Below, in pieces: positions 19,833 through 28,518 of a stretch of 64,000 bases of DNA (positions within the stretch are counted from its first letter, which is position 1; each line of letters opens with the position of its first letter). The stretch is taken from positions 59,534 through 123,533 of the forward strand of contig JBDRLW010000044.1 in assembly GCA_043812655.1 (NCBI GenBank), written 5' to 3'. The translations under genes and the position numbers were made by a program. This DNA is from a bacterium (GTDB lineage: Bacteria; Margulisbacteria; WOR-1; O2-12-FULL-45-9; XYB2-FULL-48-7). Under the pieces are notes generated by a model. The model was not told the origin of the DNA, ran no database searches, and worked only from the letters and a program-made list of their open reading frames with translations.

Positions 19833-20543
19833 TTAGGCGCCCCTGATCAAGGTGTTAGCAACGTGTGGTTTAGCCGCCACCACCATTTCTTCTAATTTTT
19901 CGCGGGTATGCGGTTTAACGCTTCTTAGCGCTTCATCCCAGGCATGATCGGGTGCGAACTGCTGGAGCACTAATTTATCGGCCCCGGCAAGATGTTTTGC
20001 GATATCGGTAATATCCGTTTTTTGCAGCATGGTCGGCACCACGGTTGTGCGAAATTCATAAGGGATCCCGCTCTCCATAATAAGCCTGATGCTCTGTTTT
20101 ATCTTGCCTAGATCCGTTCTTGATCCGGAAAGACGATTATACCTTTCATCCAAGGGTCCCTTGATATCCATCGCGATATAATCAACCAGTTGATCGTCTA
20201 TGGCCGTTTTTAAACACTCCGGGTCCGTCCCGTTGCTGTCTAATTTTACTTGAAAGCCGTTGGCCTTGATTCGCCTGATAAATTCAAAGAGGCCCTTATT
20301 CTTATGCAGGCAGGGCTCCCCGCCGGTTAAACATATTCCGTCCAAAAAGTCCTTATGCTCGAGCAGGAACCGTTCGATGCGTTCCAATGGTATAGTTTCG
20401 CATTCCTGCGGTTTTTCGATAAAGCCGGCATTGTGGCAAAAAGGACAGCGGAAATTGCACCCGGCCACATACAAGGTGGAGACCACCTTGCCGTCCCAAT
20501 CCAGGAAAGACGTTTCAATAAAGCCTTTTATCTCAAGGTCCAT
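19833..20543 (-). CDS. Anaerobic ribonucleotide reductase activase-like radical SAM protein
   Basis: GCNFRCPFCHN, TGGEP, DSNG, AMDIK, EFRTT. Confidence 0.85.
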   Translation of the reverse strand: MDLEIKGFIETSFLDWDGKVVSTLYVAGCNFRCPFCHNAGFIEKPQECETIPLERIERFLLEHKDFLDGICLTGGEPCLHKNKGLFEFIRRIKANGFQVKLDSNGTDPECLKTAIDDQLVDYIAMDIKGPLDERYNRLSGSRTDLGKIKQSIRLIMESGIPYEFRTTVVPTMLQKTDITDIAKHLAGADKLVLQQFAPDHAWDEALRSVKPHTREKLEEMVVAAKPHVANTLIRGA

Positions 20544-20983
20544 TACCCTAATCTCCCTTCTAACCAGCCATCTTTAACATTATCTCGCTTATCAAAAGCC
20601 GAAACATACGGCTTGATATCCAACAGCGGGCTACCGTCAACAATATCTATGTTTTTTACATACAGTATATTGCCTTCTCTTTTTACAAGCTTAACCGTAG
20701 ATATCCCGATATGATTCGGCCGGTGAGGATGGCGCGTGGCAAATACTCCGTGGAGCTTGTTATCCAGATAAGGTTTAACTTTTAGCCGCTCGTCTTTGAT
20801 CTGATGAAAATAGTAAACCAGAATAATGTGGGAAAATTGTTCGATCCCGTCTAATCCTTCCGCATATTCCGGCAATACTTCTACTCGACCCTCTGTTTCT
20901 GATTTGTAGGCCTGAATCGGCGCCTCTGCCTTGTTTATAAACGGCGAATTGACGATGCCAATCTGCTTTAGTTCTATTTTCAT
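20543..20983 (-). CDS. tsaA: tRNA m6t6A37 methyltransferase TrmO/TsaA
   Basis: GVFATRHPHRPN.IG, DGSPLLDIKPY. Confidence 0.9.
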   Translation of the reverse strand: MKIELKQIGIVNSPFINKAEAPIQAYKSETEGRVEVLPEYAEGLDGIEQFSHIILVYYFHQIKDERLKVKPYLDNKLHGVFATRHPHRPNHIGISTVKLVKREGNILYVKNIDIVDGSPLLDIKPYVSAFDKRDNVKDGWLEGRLG

Positions 20984-21153
20984 CCCTTGGAAATCGCCCC
21001 GACCGGACAGACATCAACACAGCTGCCGCACTCCGTGCATTTTCCGCTATCTATCCGGAACTTATCTTCATCCGGCACGATCGCCTCCGCCGAGCATTGA
21101 GAAACACATGCCCCGCAGCTAATGCATTTTTCCTTATCAATTATATAAGCCAT
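20980..21153 (-). CDS. 2x[4Fe-4S] ferredoxin (57 aa)
   Basis: Manual translation MAYIIDKEKCISCGACVSQC...CTECGSCVDVCPVGAISKG; AAAGGAGG RBS; missed by ORF track. Confidence 0.92.
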   Translation of the reverse strand: MAYIIDKEKCISCGACVSQCSAEAIVPDEDKFRIDSGKCTECGSCVDVCPVGAISKG

Positions 21154-21203
21154 TTTCTGTGCCTCCTTTCTTTTTAGCTAAGACTAAAGCTTTCGCGCTT
21201 TAG

Positions 21204-21539
21204 TTAGCCAGCCATTTCTAATAGATCGCCAAGCTCGCCGTTCAACCTCTGCTCGTCCTTGAAACCGGAGATCCGACCAACCTCTTCCCCTTTAGCAAAC
21301 ATAATCATAGAGGGAATGCTCATAATCTGATGCTTATCAGCTATCTCCTTATTTTCTTCGGTGTTTAATTTAACGACCTTCAATTTTCCCTGGTATTGTT
21401 CGGCTGCTTTTTCTAGGATCGGGGCGATCATTTTGCACGGCCCGCACCATGGGGCCCAAAAATCAACTAGGACCGGCCGGGAGCTTTGTAAAACCTCGGC
21501 CGCGAAATTTTGGTTGGTAACTTCTTGTATCTCGCTCAT
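21204..21539 (-). CDS. trxA: Thioredoxin
   Basis: DFWAPWCGPCK. Confidence 0.95.
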   Translation of the reverse strand: MSEIQEVTNQNFAAEVLQSSRPVLVDFWAPWCGPCKMIAPILEKAAEQYQGKLKVVKLNTEENKEIADKHQIMSIPSMIMFAKGEEVGRISGFKDEQRLNGELGDLLEMAG

Positions 21540-21910
21540 CTAGCACCTCCCTGGCCAAAATGGCCGGAAACCGACGGCCCCGACATTTCCTGAAGCTGGC
21601 CGGCCTTAAAATCAGCGATCGCTTGCTTAACTGTGCCAGCCGCTCCGGTAAAAACCTTGATTTTTAACGCGGCCAAGGTCTGATAAGCGTTCGGCCCGAC
21701 ATTACCGGTCACTACTGCCCCTACTCCTTCTCCGGCAACTAGCTGGGCCGACTGGATTCCTGCCCCGCCGGAAGCAGAACCGCTAGGATTAACGATCTTT
21801 TTAACCTCCAAGTTGTCGAGGTTAATTATCAGGAATTTTTCGCACCGGCCAAACCTGGGATCGATGGCCGAATCCAAACCATCTCCGGTCGAAGTCACAC
21901 ATATTTTCAT
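21536..21910 (-). CDS. NifB/NifX-family (dinitrogenase FeMo-co domain) protein
   Basis: DPRFGRC, GGAG, GNVGPNA. Confidence 0.87.
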   Translation of the reverse strand: MKICVTSTGDGLDSAIDPRFGRCEKFLIINLDNLEVKKIVNPSGSASGGAGIQSAQLVAGEGVGAVVTGNVGPNAYQTLAALKIKVFTGAAGTVKQAIADFKAGQLQEMSGPSVSGHFGQGGAR

Positions 21911-21919
21911 ATCTCCTCC

Positions 21920-22297
21920 TTAATGGCATCCGCCGCCGGCACCATGGTCTCGGCAAGCATCCAATCCTCCTAAGGTATTATTTAATAAATCATTAATGGC
22001 GGGCTGCACTTTGCCGGAATAACCAAAGACTTGCACCCCAGCGCTGGCGAACTTCTGCTGCGCCCCCATCCCCATCCCACCAGCAATAACGTGCGTTACC
22101 TTATGTTTGAGGATCTCATCAACAGCAACACAACCGCCACCTCCATGCTGGGCAGTATTCGGGACAACGCTCGTACCGATGATCTTCTTCTGTTCCTGGT
22201 CAATATCGGCCAGAAGAAAATATTTACACTGGCCAAAATGCGAGCAGACTTCTCCGTCAAGACCGCTCATATCTTCTAAAACAACTCCAACTTTCAT
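21920..22297 (-). CDS. NifB/NifX-family protein, second paralogue
   Basis: HFGQC, HGGGGC, AGGMG, C-terminal C.H...CH. Confidence 0.87.
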   Translation of the reverse strand: MKVGVVLEDMSGLDGEVCSHFGQCKYFLLADIDQEQKKIIGTSVVPNTAQHGGGGCVAVDEILKHKVTHVIAGGMGMGAQQKFASAGVQVFGYSGKVQPAINDLLNNTLGGLDACRDHGAGGGCH

Positions 22298-22299
22298 TT

Positions 22300-22527
22300 T
22301 TACTTTTTCTCCTTTTCGATCTCCGCTAAGCGCGCGTTAATCTCGTCGCGCTCCGCCTTGAGCGATTCAGCTTCATCTTTGGCGCCAAACAAACCAATGC
22401 CCAACCTGCGCCAAAACCCTCTGCCGCGTCCACCCCTAGCCCCACGGCCAAACGGGACACAACCACCCCTGCCCCAGCCTGTCCCTTGGCCTTCTCCTCT
22501 CGGACCAGTTCGATCTCCTCCTGGCAT
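22300..22527 (-). CDS. DUF5320-like Gly/Arg-rich small protein
   Basis: MPGGDRTGPRG.G..TG.G.G.C start, RG-rich middle, coiled-coil end. Confidence 0.8.
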   Translation of the reverse strand: MPGGDRTGPRGEGQGTGWGRGGCVPFGRGARGGRGRGFWRRLGIGLFGAKDEAESLKAERDEINARLAEIEKEKK

Positions 22528-22529
22528 AA

Positions 22530-22865
22530 CTATTCACCTCCTCTAAATCTTCTGCAGCTAAAACCTCTTGGCGAAACAATGTGCTCCCCGCCGGCGATCC
22601 GTATAGCTTTGGATCGGGTGATCGCTTCAATAACTTTTTTTCGGCCGGAATAAAGGAGGCGCTGGACCGTTCCCCGGGAGATATTCATTTTCTTGGCCGC
22701 CTCTTCCTGCTCCAATCCTTCCTGATCACACAATCTCATCGCTTCAATCTCATCCTGGCCAAGCTCTACGATCTCCAAGTCCGACAAAGGGACTGCCCTT
22801 GGCTTATAAAATGTATCTCCGGTAAATGGCCGGCAATGCCGCCATTTTCTGGGTCGAGGGCTCAT
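22530..22865 (-). CDS. DUF134 (UPF0251) HTH DNA-binding protein
   Basis: PRPRK.R, EIEAMRLCD.EGLEQEEAA..M.ISRGT. Confidence 0.88.
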   Translation of the reverse strand: MSPRPRKWRHCRPFTGDTFYKPRAVPLSDLEIVELGQDEIEAMRLCDQEGLEQEEAAKKMNISRGTVQRLLYSGRKKVIEAITRSKAIRIAGGEHIVSPRGFSCRRFRGGE

Positions 22866-22891
22866 CTCCCTCTCCTCTGATAATCGTATAC

Positions 22892-22933
22892 GTGCATATG
22901 CACATTATACACCCAAACAATCCCACCCGTCAA
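22892..22933 (-). promoter_or_regulatory. Sigma70 promoter (TTGACG-18-TATAAT) with perfect palindrome GTGCATATGCAC directly downstream of the -10
   Basis: -35 at 22928-22933, -10 at 22904-22909, palindrome 22892-22903. Confidence 0.7.
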
Positions 22934-22954
22934 ACATAATTTATTTATGGGAAT

Positions 22955-23692
22955 TCAATGATGCAGTTTTGTCATTCCCCACATAAAGAGGATGCCCAAT
23001 ATAAAAAGGACAAAAGCTTGGTTGGCCTTGTTGTTATCCTTTTCTTTGTGCAGTTCCGGGATCAGATCCGAAGCCGCGATGTAAATAAATCCGCCCGCGG
23101 TGATCGGTAAAAGCGCCGCCGCCAACCCGGCAATGATAGAAGAAAGATAAAAACCGATCACTCCCCCCAACACCGCCGTTAAAGCGGACAACAAATTGTA
23201 GAACAGTGCTCGCCCCTTAGAAAAACCGCCGTAGACCAGCACCCCGAAATCCCCCAACTCCTGCGGAATTTCATGAGAAGCGACTGCGATACTGGTCGCG
23301 ATCCCCAAAGGAATGCTAACGATAAAACTAGCGGCGATCACCAGCCCGTCAATAAAGTTGTGAACGCCGTCGCCAAAAAGATTTAGATAGGTAAAATTGT
23401 GGACGTCGCACTTCCCCTCGTGGCAGTGGCGCCAGTAAAGGAGCCGTTCCATCAGAAAAAAGAGAGAGAAGCCGATCAGGGTGTAGACAAAGGCTTCTCC
23501 TGGCTTGAGCGTTTCCAGCGACTCCGGCAACAAGTGGAGGAATGCGCCGCCAGCCAGTGCTCCGGCGGAAAAACCAACCAGCATCAGGAGGATCTGCTTG
23601 AGCACCTGGTCCTTCAGGGCCAAGGTTAACACCCCTGCTAATGAGAGTAAGCTTATTATTAGCGTGCTGACAATTATCCAACCTAGGATCAT
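22955..23692 (-). CDS. ZIP family divalent metal transporter
   Basis: HLLPES, HNFIDG, HEIPQELGD. Confidence 0.9.
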   Translation of the reverse strand: MILGWIIVSTLIISLLSLAGVLTLALKDQVLKQILLMLVGFSAGALAGGAFLHLLPESLETLKPGEAFVYTLIGFSLFFLMERLLYWRHCHEGKCDVHNFTYLNLFGDGVHNFIDGLVIAASFIVSIPLGIATSIAVASHEIPQELGDFGVLVYGGFSKGRALFYNLLSALTAVLGGVIGFYLSSIIAGLAAALLPITAGGFIYIAASDLIPELHKEKDNNKANQAFVLFILGILFMWGMTKLHH

Positions 23693-23756
23693 GCCGGTAT
23701 TATAACATAAGCATCGCCAATAAATTTGCTGCCATTGAGATGTTCGATTAATTCTC

Positions 23757-24968
23757 CTAAGGAAAAGGCTGGAGTATCTTCTGTGTGGTTACGGGGTTTT
23801 TCTTAATAATTATATTAAGCAGCAGCGGCACCGATAAAGTGGTCAGGAAAGCGACCAGCACCAGGATGGAAAACTGGGCTTGATTGATGATCCCCATCTG
23901 CAGCCCGATCACTGCCAACACCAGCTCTACCGTCCCCCTCCCATTCATGCCGACCGCCATGATTAAAGAACCAACCCGATTAAAACGGTTGGCCATTGCC
24001 CCAAGATATATACCACAAAATTTCCCAAAAAAGGCGGCCAGGATTAGCCAGAAGAGCAGCCAGCTATGCGTCAGCAGCACCTGAAAGTTCATCTTAAAAG
24101 CAATGCTAATGATAAAGATCGGACCGAGAAAACCATGGGTTATGGCTAGAAACCGGTCGTTCATCTTGCTAAAGAGCGAAGCACTCATGATCTCTTCCCG
24201 GACAAAAAGGCCGGCCAGGTAAGCTCCGAGGATAAAAGGGAGGTTAATTAGTTCGGCCAGAAAAGCAAAAGAGAAACCGACCAATAAAGCAAAAGTAAAT
24301 CCTTTGCCGCGGCGGGTTTTGAAGTAGTGGGATATCCGCGGAAAAAGCAGGTATCCGACGGTTAAGATGATGGCGAAAAAAAGTGTAACTTCCAGCGCAG
24401 TAAAAACAAGATCGCTGATCTCGAAAGATCCTCGCTGGAAACCTTTAATGATCAATGAAACTATCAGGAAAGAGAACAGGTTGTCTACGATAGCCGCGGC
24501 CATCATGTGATAGCCGAGCAGGGTCTTCATCAACTTCAAATCGCTTAAAATGCGCGACTTGGTCACCATTGAAGTTCCAGAGATTGCCGCTCCGATCAGC
24601 AGGGCCTGCGGCCAAGTGCAACCAAACAATAGACTCGCCAGAATGCCAAAGCAGAAAGGAAAAATGGTCCCCAGACCGCCGATCAGGATCGATTTGGCCG
24701 CTATTTTCTGTATCAGGCGCGGGTTAGTTTCCAATCCAGCGTAAAACATCAGGAAAAACATTCCTAGCTGGGCAAGAATATTAATCTCTGGAGAAGGGCG
24801 GACAATATTTAATACTGTCGGGCCAATAATTATCCCGGCAATTAATTCACCAATGATCAATGGGATGCGAAAACGCTCCAAAAATATTGCCACGCTCCAA
24901 GCAACAGCGACCAGAAAGAGGATGTTAAAAAGTGGGGCGTGTATAACCGTGCTGATATTAGTAATCAT
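23757..24968 (-). CDS. CPA2 cation:proton antiporter (KefB/NapA-like)
   Basis: GELIAGIIIGP, FLMFYAGLE, PIF, GKF.G, GM..RG. Confidence 0.87.
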   Translation of the reverse strand: MITNISTVIHAPLFNILFLVAVAWSVAIFLERFRIPLIIGELIAGIIIGPTVLNIVRPSPEINILAQLGMFFLMFYAGLETNPRLIQKIAAKSILIGGLGTIFPFCFGILASLLFGCTWPQALLIGAAISGTSMVTKSRILSDLKLMKTLLGYHMMAAAIVDNLFSFLIVSLIIKGFQRGSFEISDLVFTALEVTLFFAIILTVGYLLFPRISHYFKTRRGKGFTFALLVGFSFAFLAELINLPFILGAYLAGLFVREEIMSASLFSKMNDRFLAITHGFLGPIFIISIAFKMNFQVLLTHSWLLFWLILAAFFGKFCGIYLGAMANRFNRVGSLIMAVGMNGRGTVELVLAVIGLQMGIINQAQFSILVLVAFLTTLSVPLLLNIIIKKNPVTTQKILQPFP

Positions 24969-24992
24969 TATTTAACTGCCGCGACTTCCTTT

Positions 24993-25070
24993 GACAATGC
25001 CCATCGGGCCAGTGATAACCCGTCCGGTAGCTGCCAAACTTAAGCCTGCCAAGCAATCTCCCGATTATCC
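24993..25070 (-). ncRNA. Candidate cis-regulatory RNA (monovalent-cation riboswitch-like) in antiporter leader
   Basis: Closing helix GAUAAU/AUUGUC, hairpin CGGGUUA-UCAC-UGGCCCG, 3' GAUGGGC; downstream of a TTGAAT/TAGGAT promoter-like pair. Confidence 0.5.
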
Positions 25071-25135
25071 AATCCTAACATAAAGCCTAGGATATTCAAG
25101 CCGCGTCTGGCCTTCCCTCTTCCAGCTCCTAATAA

Positions 25136-25840
25136 TTATAACGGCAGTTTGATATAGGCCCCGATACTTGGTAAAAGCGTCCAGTTAGGATCAGCTCCTG
25201 CTGTCGTGTCATAGTTGATCAGGGTGAACGCGGCCCCGACAGTAACTTTATCATTGACCTCCTGTTCCAACGCGTACTGCAGGTTAAGGTCAAAAGCCAA
25301 ATCAGAATTAACTGTCATCTTTTTTGCGGTCGCCCCCACTCCCCAGTTGCCGATAAAATAGTCGGCGTAAAGCTGATATGTTGACCCAGAAGCCCCGCTT
25401 CCCGCGGTAGCGCAAAAATCGACCGCTCTCCCCTCTCCCAGATCGAACCCCAACCCGCCCCCCATCGCTCCCCAGGTTGTATTCGCGTATAAATATGGCG
25501 TAGCGGCAAAAATCGAAGAACTCATACTAACCAACAAACAAACCAACAAACCAACGAACAAACTTTGTCTTTTCATTTTCTCCCCCTTTTTTAATGTATA
25601 AGCCGTTAACCAGAATATCCCTAAAATGATCAAAATCCCGGCGATCCCAGCCATTGACGTCGACAATCCCCCCTCCGGTAAATATTTTAGCCCGTAACCG
25701 GCCATTATCGCTTGGCCTTCAACCCCTTTTTCCGCGAAACCAAGCTTTTCGGAAATAAAATCAAGGCCGTCAGGATGGGTCGAAGCAAAGAAAGAAGCCA
25801 GGATCGCGATAACTATAGAAACCCAAAATAGTTTTTTCAT
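25136..25840 (-). CDS. PDGLE (NikN/CbiN-like) domain in frame with a signal-peptide-bearing small beta-barrel-like protein; internal start at 25576
   Basis: ASTHPDGLD motif; internal AAAGGGGGAG RBS then MKRQSLFVGLLVCLLVSMSSSIFA and amphipathic strands ending YIKLPL. Confidence 0.7.
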   Translation of the reverse strand: MKKLFWVSIVIAILASFFASTHPDGLDFISEKLGFAEKGVEGQAIMAGYGLKYLPEGGLSTSMAGIAGILIILGIFWLTAYTLKKGEKMKRQSLFVGLLVCLLVSMSSSIFAATPYLYANTTWGAMGGGLGFDLGEGRAVDFCATAGSGASGSTYQLYADYFIGNWGVGATAKKMTVNSDLAFDLNLQYALEQEVNDKVTVGAAFTLINYDTTAGADPNWTLLPSIGAYIKLPL

Positions 25841-25842
25841 GG

Positions 25843-26541
25843 TTAGCCCTCCCCCCTAACCAGCTGGCGGAAAAGATTGATCAGCGCGAAAGAGATCAGC
25901 GCTTCCGCCAAGCCAATAACCATATGGACTTTAACCATAGCAGGAATGACGATCGCGAACGGGATCGTACCTGATATCCCTAACTCTAAAGCGCAGGCAA
26001 AGGAGGCTAAAACTACCGCCAGCCAAGCAGAAGCAAGGATCGCCAACCATTCTGGCGCTATTTTTTTTAGGTAATAATATATATAGTACGCAACGATCGC
26101 ACCAAAGAGCGACATATTAATAATGTTCGCCCCGATCGCTAAGAGGCCGCCATCGGCAAAAAAGAGCATCTGCACCGCTAGCACTACAGCAATAACGATC
26201 GCCCCGGCAAAAGGGCCAAGGATGACTGAAGCAAAAATCCCGCCGATCAAGTGACCCGACGTCCCTCCGCTGACCGGAAAGTTAAACATCTGCCCGGCAA
26301 AAACCAGCGCCGCCACCATTCCCATCTGGTAGATCGTCCTCTCCCCATCCCCGGTCAAAACCCGCCTCACCCCGCCAATCACATTTTTGGCTCCATTTCC
26401 CGCCGCCGCCAAAGCCGCTGCCGGTTGCAGCGCGGTCACCGCCTCTCTCACTTTCGCGACACAGAACCCCATTACCAGCACCGCCGCCCCCAGCAACCCT
26501 GCCGATGTTTTTGGATCAAGGAACCCATTGGGAATATGCAT
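25843..26541 (-). CDS. nikM: ECF Ni/Co transporter S component (NikM/CbiM)
   Basis: N-terminal MHIPNGFL, QMFNFP..GGTSGH, ADGG; divergent nikR favours nickel. Confidence 0.88.
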   Translation of the reverse strand: MHIPNGFLDPKTSAGLLGAAVLVMGFCVAKVREAVTALQPAAALAAAGNGAKNVIGGVRRVLTGDGERTIYQMGMVAALVFAGQMFNFPVSGGTSGHLIGGIFASVILGPFAGAIVIAVVLAVQMLFFADGGLLAIGANIINMSLFGAIVAYYIYYYLKKIAPEWLAILASAWLAVVLASFACALELGISGTIPFAIVIPAMVKVHMVIGLAEALISFALINLFRQLVRGEG

Positions 26542-26564
26542 CTTTTTCTCTCCTTTCTAAAATA

Positions 26565-26591
26565 GTGCTACGTTTACTAGAATAGTAACAC
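26565..26591. promoter_or_regulatory. NikR operator GTGCTAC-N13-GTAACAC
   Basis: Inverted repeat between nikM and nikR overlapping the nikM -10 (TACTAT, 26582-26587; -35 TTGACG 26605-26610). Confidence 0.78.
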
Positions 26592-26631
26592 TTAGTTGAA
26601 TCTCCGTCAATGATGCTGTACGATATTAGCC

Positions 26632-27045
26632 ATGACCAAAAGATTTGGCGTTTCAATCCCTGATGAGCTGCTGGCCAAGCTCGATAAATTAGCGAAGAAA
26701 AAAGGCTACAGTAACCGCTCTGAGGTTTTGCGCGACCTGGTCCGCGACCGGTTCGTTGAAGAAGAGTGGACAGAAGGCCAAGGCGAAGTCGTTGGAACGG
26801 TTACACTAGTTTATAACCATCATTCTCACGACTTATCCGACAAACTAGCCGATTTACAACATTCCCATTTCAAAAATATCGTTTCCACCACTCACATTCA
26901 CCTTGACGAACACAATTGCCTCGAGGTTCTTGTCGTCCGCGGTAAAAGCAAGCAAGTTAGAGAGATCGCCGACCGCCTGATCTCGACCAAAGGGGTTAAG
27001 CACGGGAAACTGGTTATGACCTCAACTGGAAAGGGGTTAGATTAG
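26632..27045 (+). CDS. nikR: Nickel-responsive regulator
   Basis: RFGVS ribbon, [19 protein letters not shown]. Confidence 0.96.
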   Translation: MTKRFGVSIPDELLAKLDKLAKKKGYSNRSEVLRDLVRDRFVEEEWTEGQGEVVGTVTLVYNHHSHDLSDKLADLQHSHFKNIVSTTHIHLDEHNCLEVLVVRGKSKQVREIADRLISTKGVKHGKLVMTSTGKGLD

Positions 27046-27052
27046 GCGCTCT

Positions 27053-27577
27053 TTAGCAGCAGCCAGATTGGTCAATATCTTCCTGGCTAACAACTTCTTT
27101 TCCTGCCTCTTTCAACGTCTTATTTACGACATCATAGAAAATACTGGTACAGCAATTACCGGTCGGATTAAGCAGATAACACTTACAAATCGGCTTTTTT
27201 CTATAAGCTCCGACGATCTCCTTCCAGCTCTTTTTCCCCGCCATGACTTGTTCTCTTACTTGTTCAAAAGTAATATTATTGCAATAACAGGCAACTTTCT
27301 TTGCCACGCCTGTCTTGTACCAAAGCGGCACTTTTATATCTTCCGCTTTAAAAACTGGTTTTCCCTTTTTGCCAAAATATGAGACGGGGCATTCACTATC
27401 CATGCAAAGAAAATACTTATCATCCTTAACAATTTCAGGCTGCTTATTGGGCTTCAGCATATTGCTCACCAAAGGGATAGTCACTTCAATCGAATTTTTC
27501 CCGCAAACCGGACACTTAAGCGTCTCGCTCCTCTTGTCCCCGCTACAACTACAACTGCAGCCGCACTCATTACTCAT
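27053..27577 (-). CDS. CopZ N-terminal/BFD-like Cys-rich Fe-S metallochaperone
   Basis: CPVCG, C...C.V.YF, CYC, C.C..LNP.G.CC. Confidence 0.78.
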   Translation of the reverse strand: MSNECGCSCSCSGDKRSETLKCPVCGKNSIEVTIPLVSNMLKPNKQPEIVKDDKYFLCMDSECPVSYFGKKGKPVFKAEDIKVPLWYKTGVAKKVACYCNNITFEQVREQVMAGKKSWKEIVGAYRKKPICKCYLLNPTGNCCTSIFYDVVNKTLKEAGKEVVSQEDIDQSGCC

Positions 27578-27599
27578 AAAAATAGTCTCCTTTAGTTTA

Positions 27600-27851
27600 T
27601 TATTTGTTCTCTTCGCTTATCCAGGTTTTTATCTGTTCCAATCTAGGCAAAGGTTTACCGGAATGTTTAACTTTTTCATTAATAACTAGGCCTGGCGTTG
27701 ACATGACATACTTTGCCATTTCGGCGTAATCAGCAACTTTTATTATATTGGCCTGAATATTTAATTCCTGCAAAGCTTGTTTGACGCGCCGTTCCATATC
27801 CTGGCAATTGGCGCAGCCGGGGCCCAAGACTTTAATTTCCATAACACTCAC
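27600..27851 (-). CDS. Small redox-active disulfide protein (MTH895-like thioredoxin)
   Basis: IKVLGPGCANC, VMSTPGLVIN. Confidence 0.88.
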   Translation of the reverse strand: MSVMEIKVLGPGCANCQDMERRVKQALQELNIQANIIKVADYAEMAKYVMSTPGLVINEKVKHSGKPLPRLEQIKTWISEENK

Positions 27852-27858
27852 CTCCCGC

Positions 27859-28518
27859 TTAACGAAGATAGAACAGCATACCGATGCCTATAAGAACGAA
27901 TAACGCCCCGCTGATCTTGTGGGAATAATATGATAGTTTCCCGACCCGTTGCGACTTTAAAATAAACTCGGCCATCCCGGTAGAAACACCGACCAGGAAG
28001 ATCAAGACGGTATGCGCTAAAGCATAAACAAAAAGCAGGGAGGTGCCGTAAAGAATATTCTGTTTTGAGGCGACAAAAGTCAGGATCAACGCTAAAACCG
28101 GCGTGGCGCAGGGGGAAGATGCGACACCAAATAGCATCCCGAGCAGGAACGCGCCAATCAAACCTTTTTGCTCGGTTTTAACCATCTTAGGCGTTGGTAT
28201 CTGGAATTTTAACCATCCCATCATCTGCAGTCCCATCACGATCGCAACGGCCGCGAGAATATATTTCCAAAAACCGCCAACATCGCCAAGCAGTGTTCCC
28301 ATTAGGGAAGCAATCGCTCCCAAAATGGTAAAGGTGATAGAGAGGCCAATAACGAAAGCCAGGGAAAATTTGAACGATTTTTTTACATCGCCTTCGGCAT
28401 AGCCGCCGACATAGCTGATGACCAGCGGGATAGTGAATAAAACGCAAGGGCTAAAAGACGAGATCAGCCCGGCAATGAAAACGCTAAAATAGGCGATGAT
28501 CGGGTTTGACAGGTCCAT
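27859..28518 (-). CDS. ccdA: CcdA/DsbD-type membrane disulfide transporter
   Basis: SFSPCV and SPCATP. Confidence 0.88.
   Translation of the reverse strand: MDLSNPIIAYFSVFIAGLISSFSPCVLFTIPLVISYVGGYAEGDVKKSFKFSLAFVIGLSITFTILGAIASLMGTLLGDVGGFWKYILAAVAIVMGLQMMGWLKFQIPTPKMVKTEQKGLIGAFLLGMLFGVASSPCATPVLALILTFVASKQNILYGTSLLFVYALAHTVLIFLVGVSTGMAEFILKSQRVGKLSYYSHKISGALFVLIGIGMLFYLR

Noticed and set aside
21171..21206. Intrinsic terminator between trxA and the ferredoxin
   Set aside because: A hairpin (CTAAAGC...GCTTTAG) exists but has no clear U-tract on the coding strand and lies mid-operon.
21536..22297. Nitrogen fixation cluster
   Set aside because: NifX-like and NifU-like domains occur without nifHDK/ENB, and such domains are common in non-diazotrophs.
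25843..26630. Cobalamin riboswitch / cobalt-specific cbiM
   Set aside because: The intergenic gap is about 90 bp and is filled by divergent promoters and a NikR operator.
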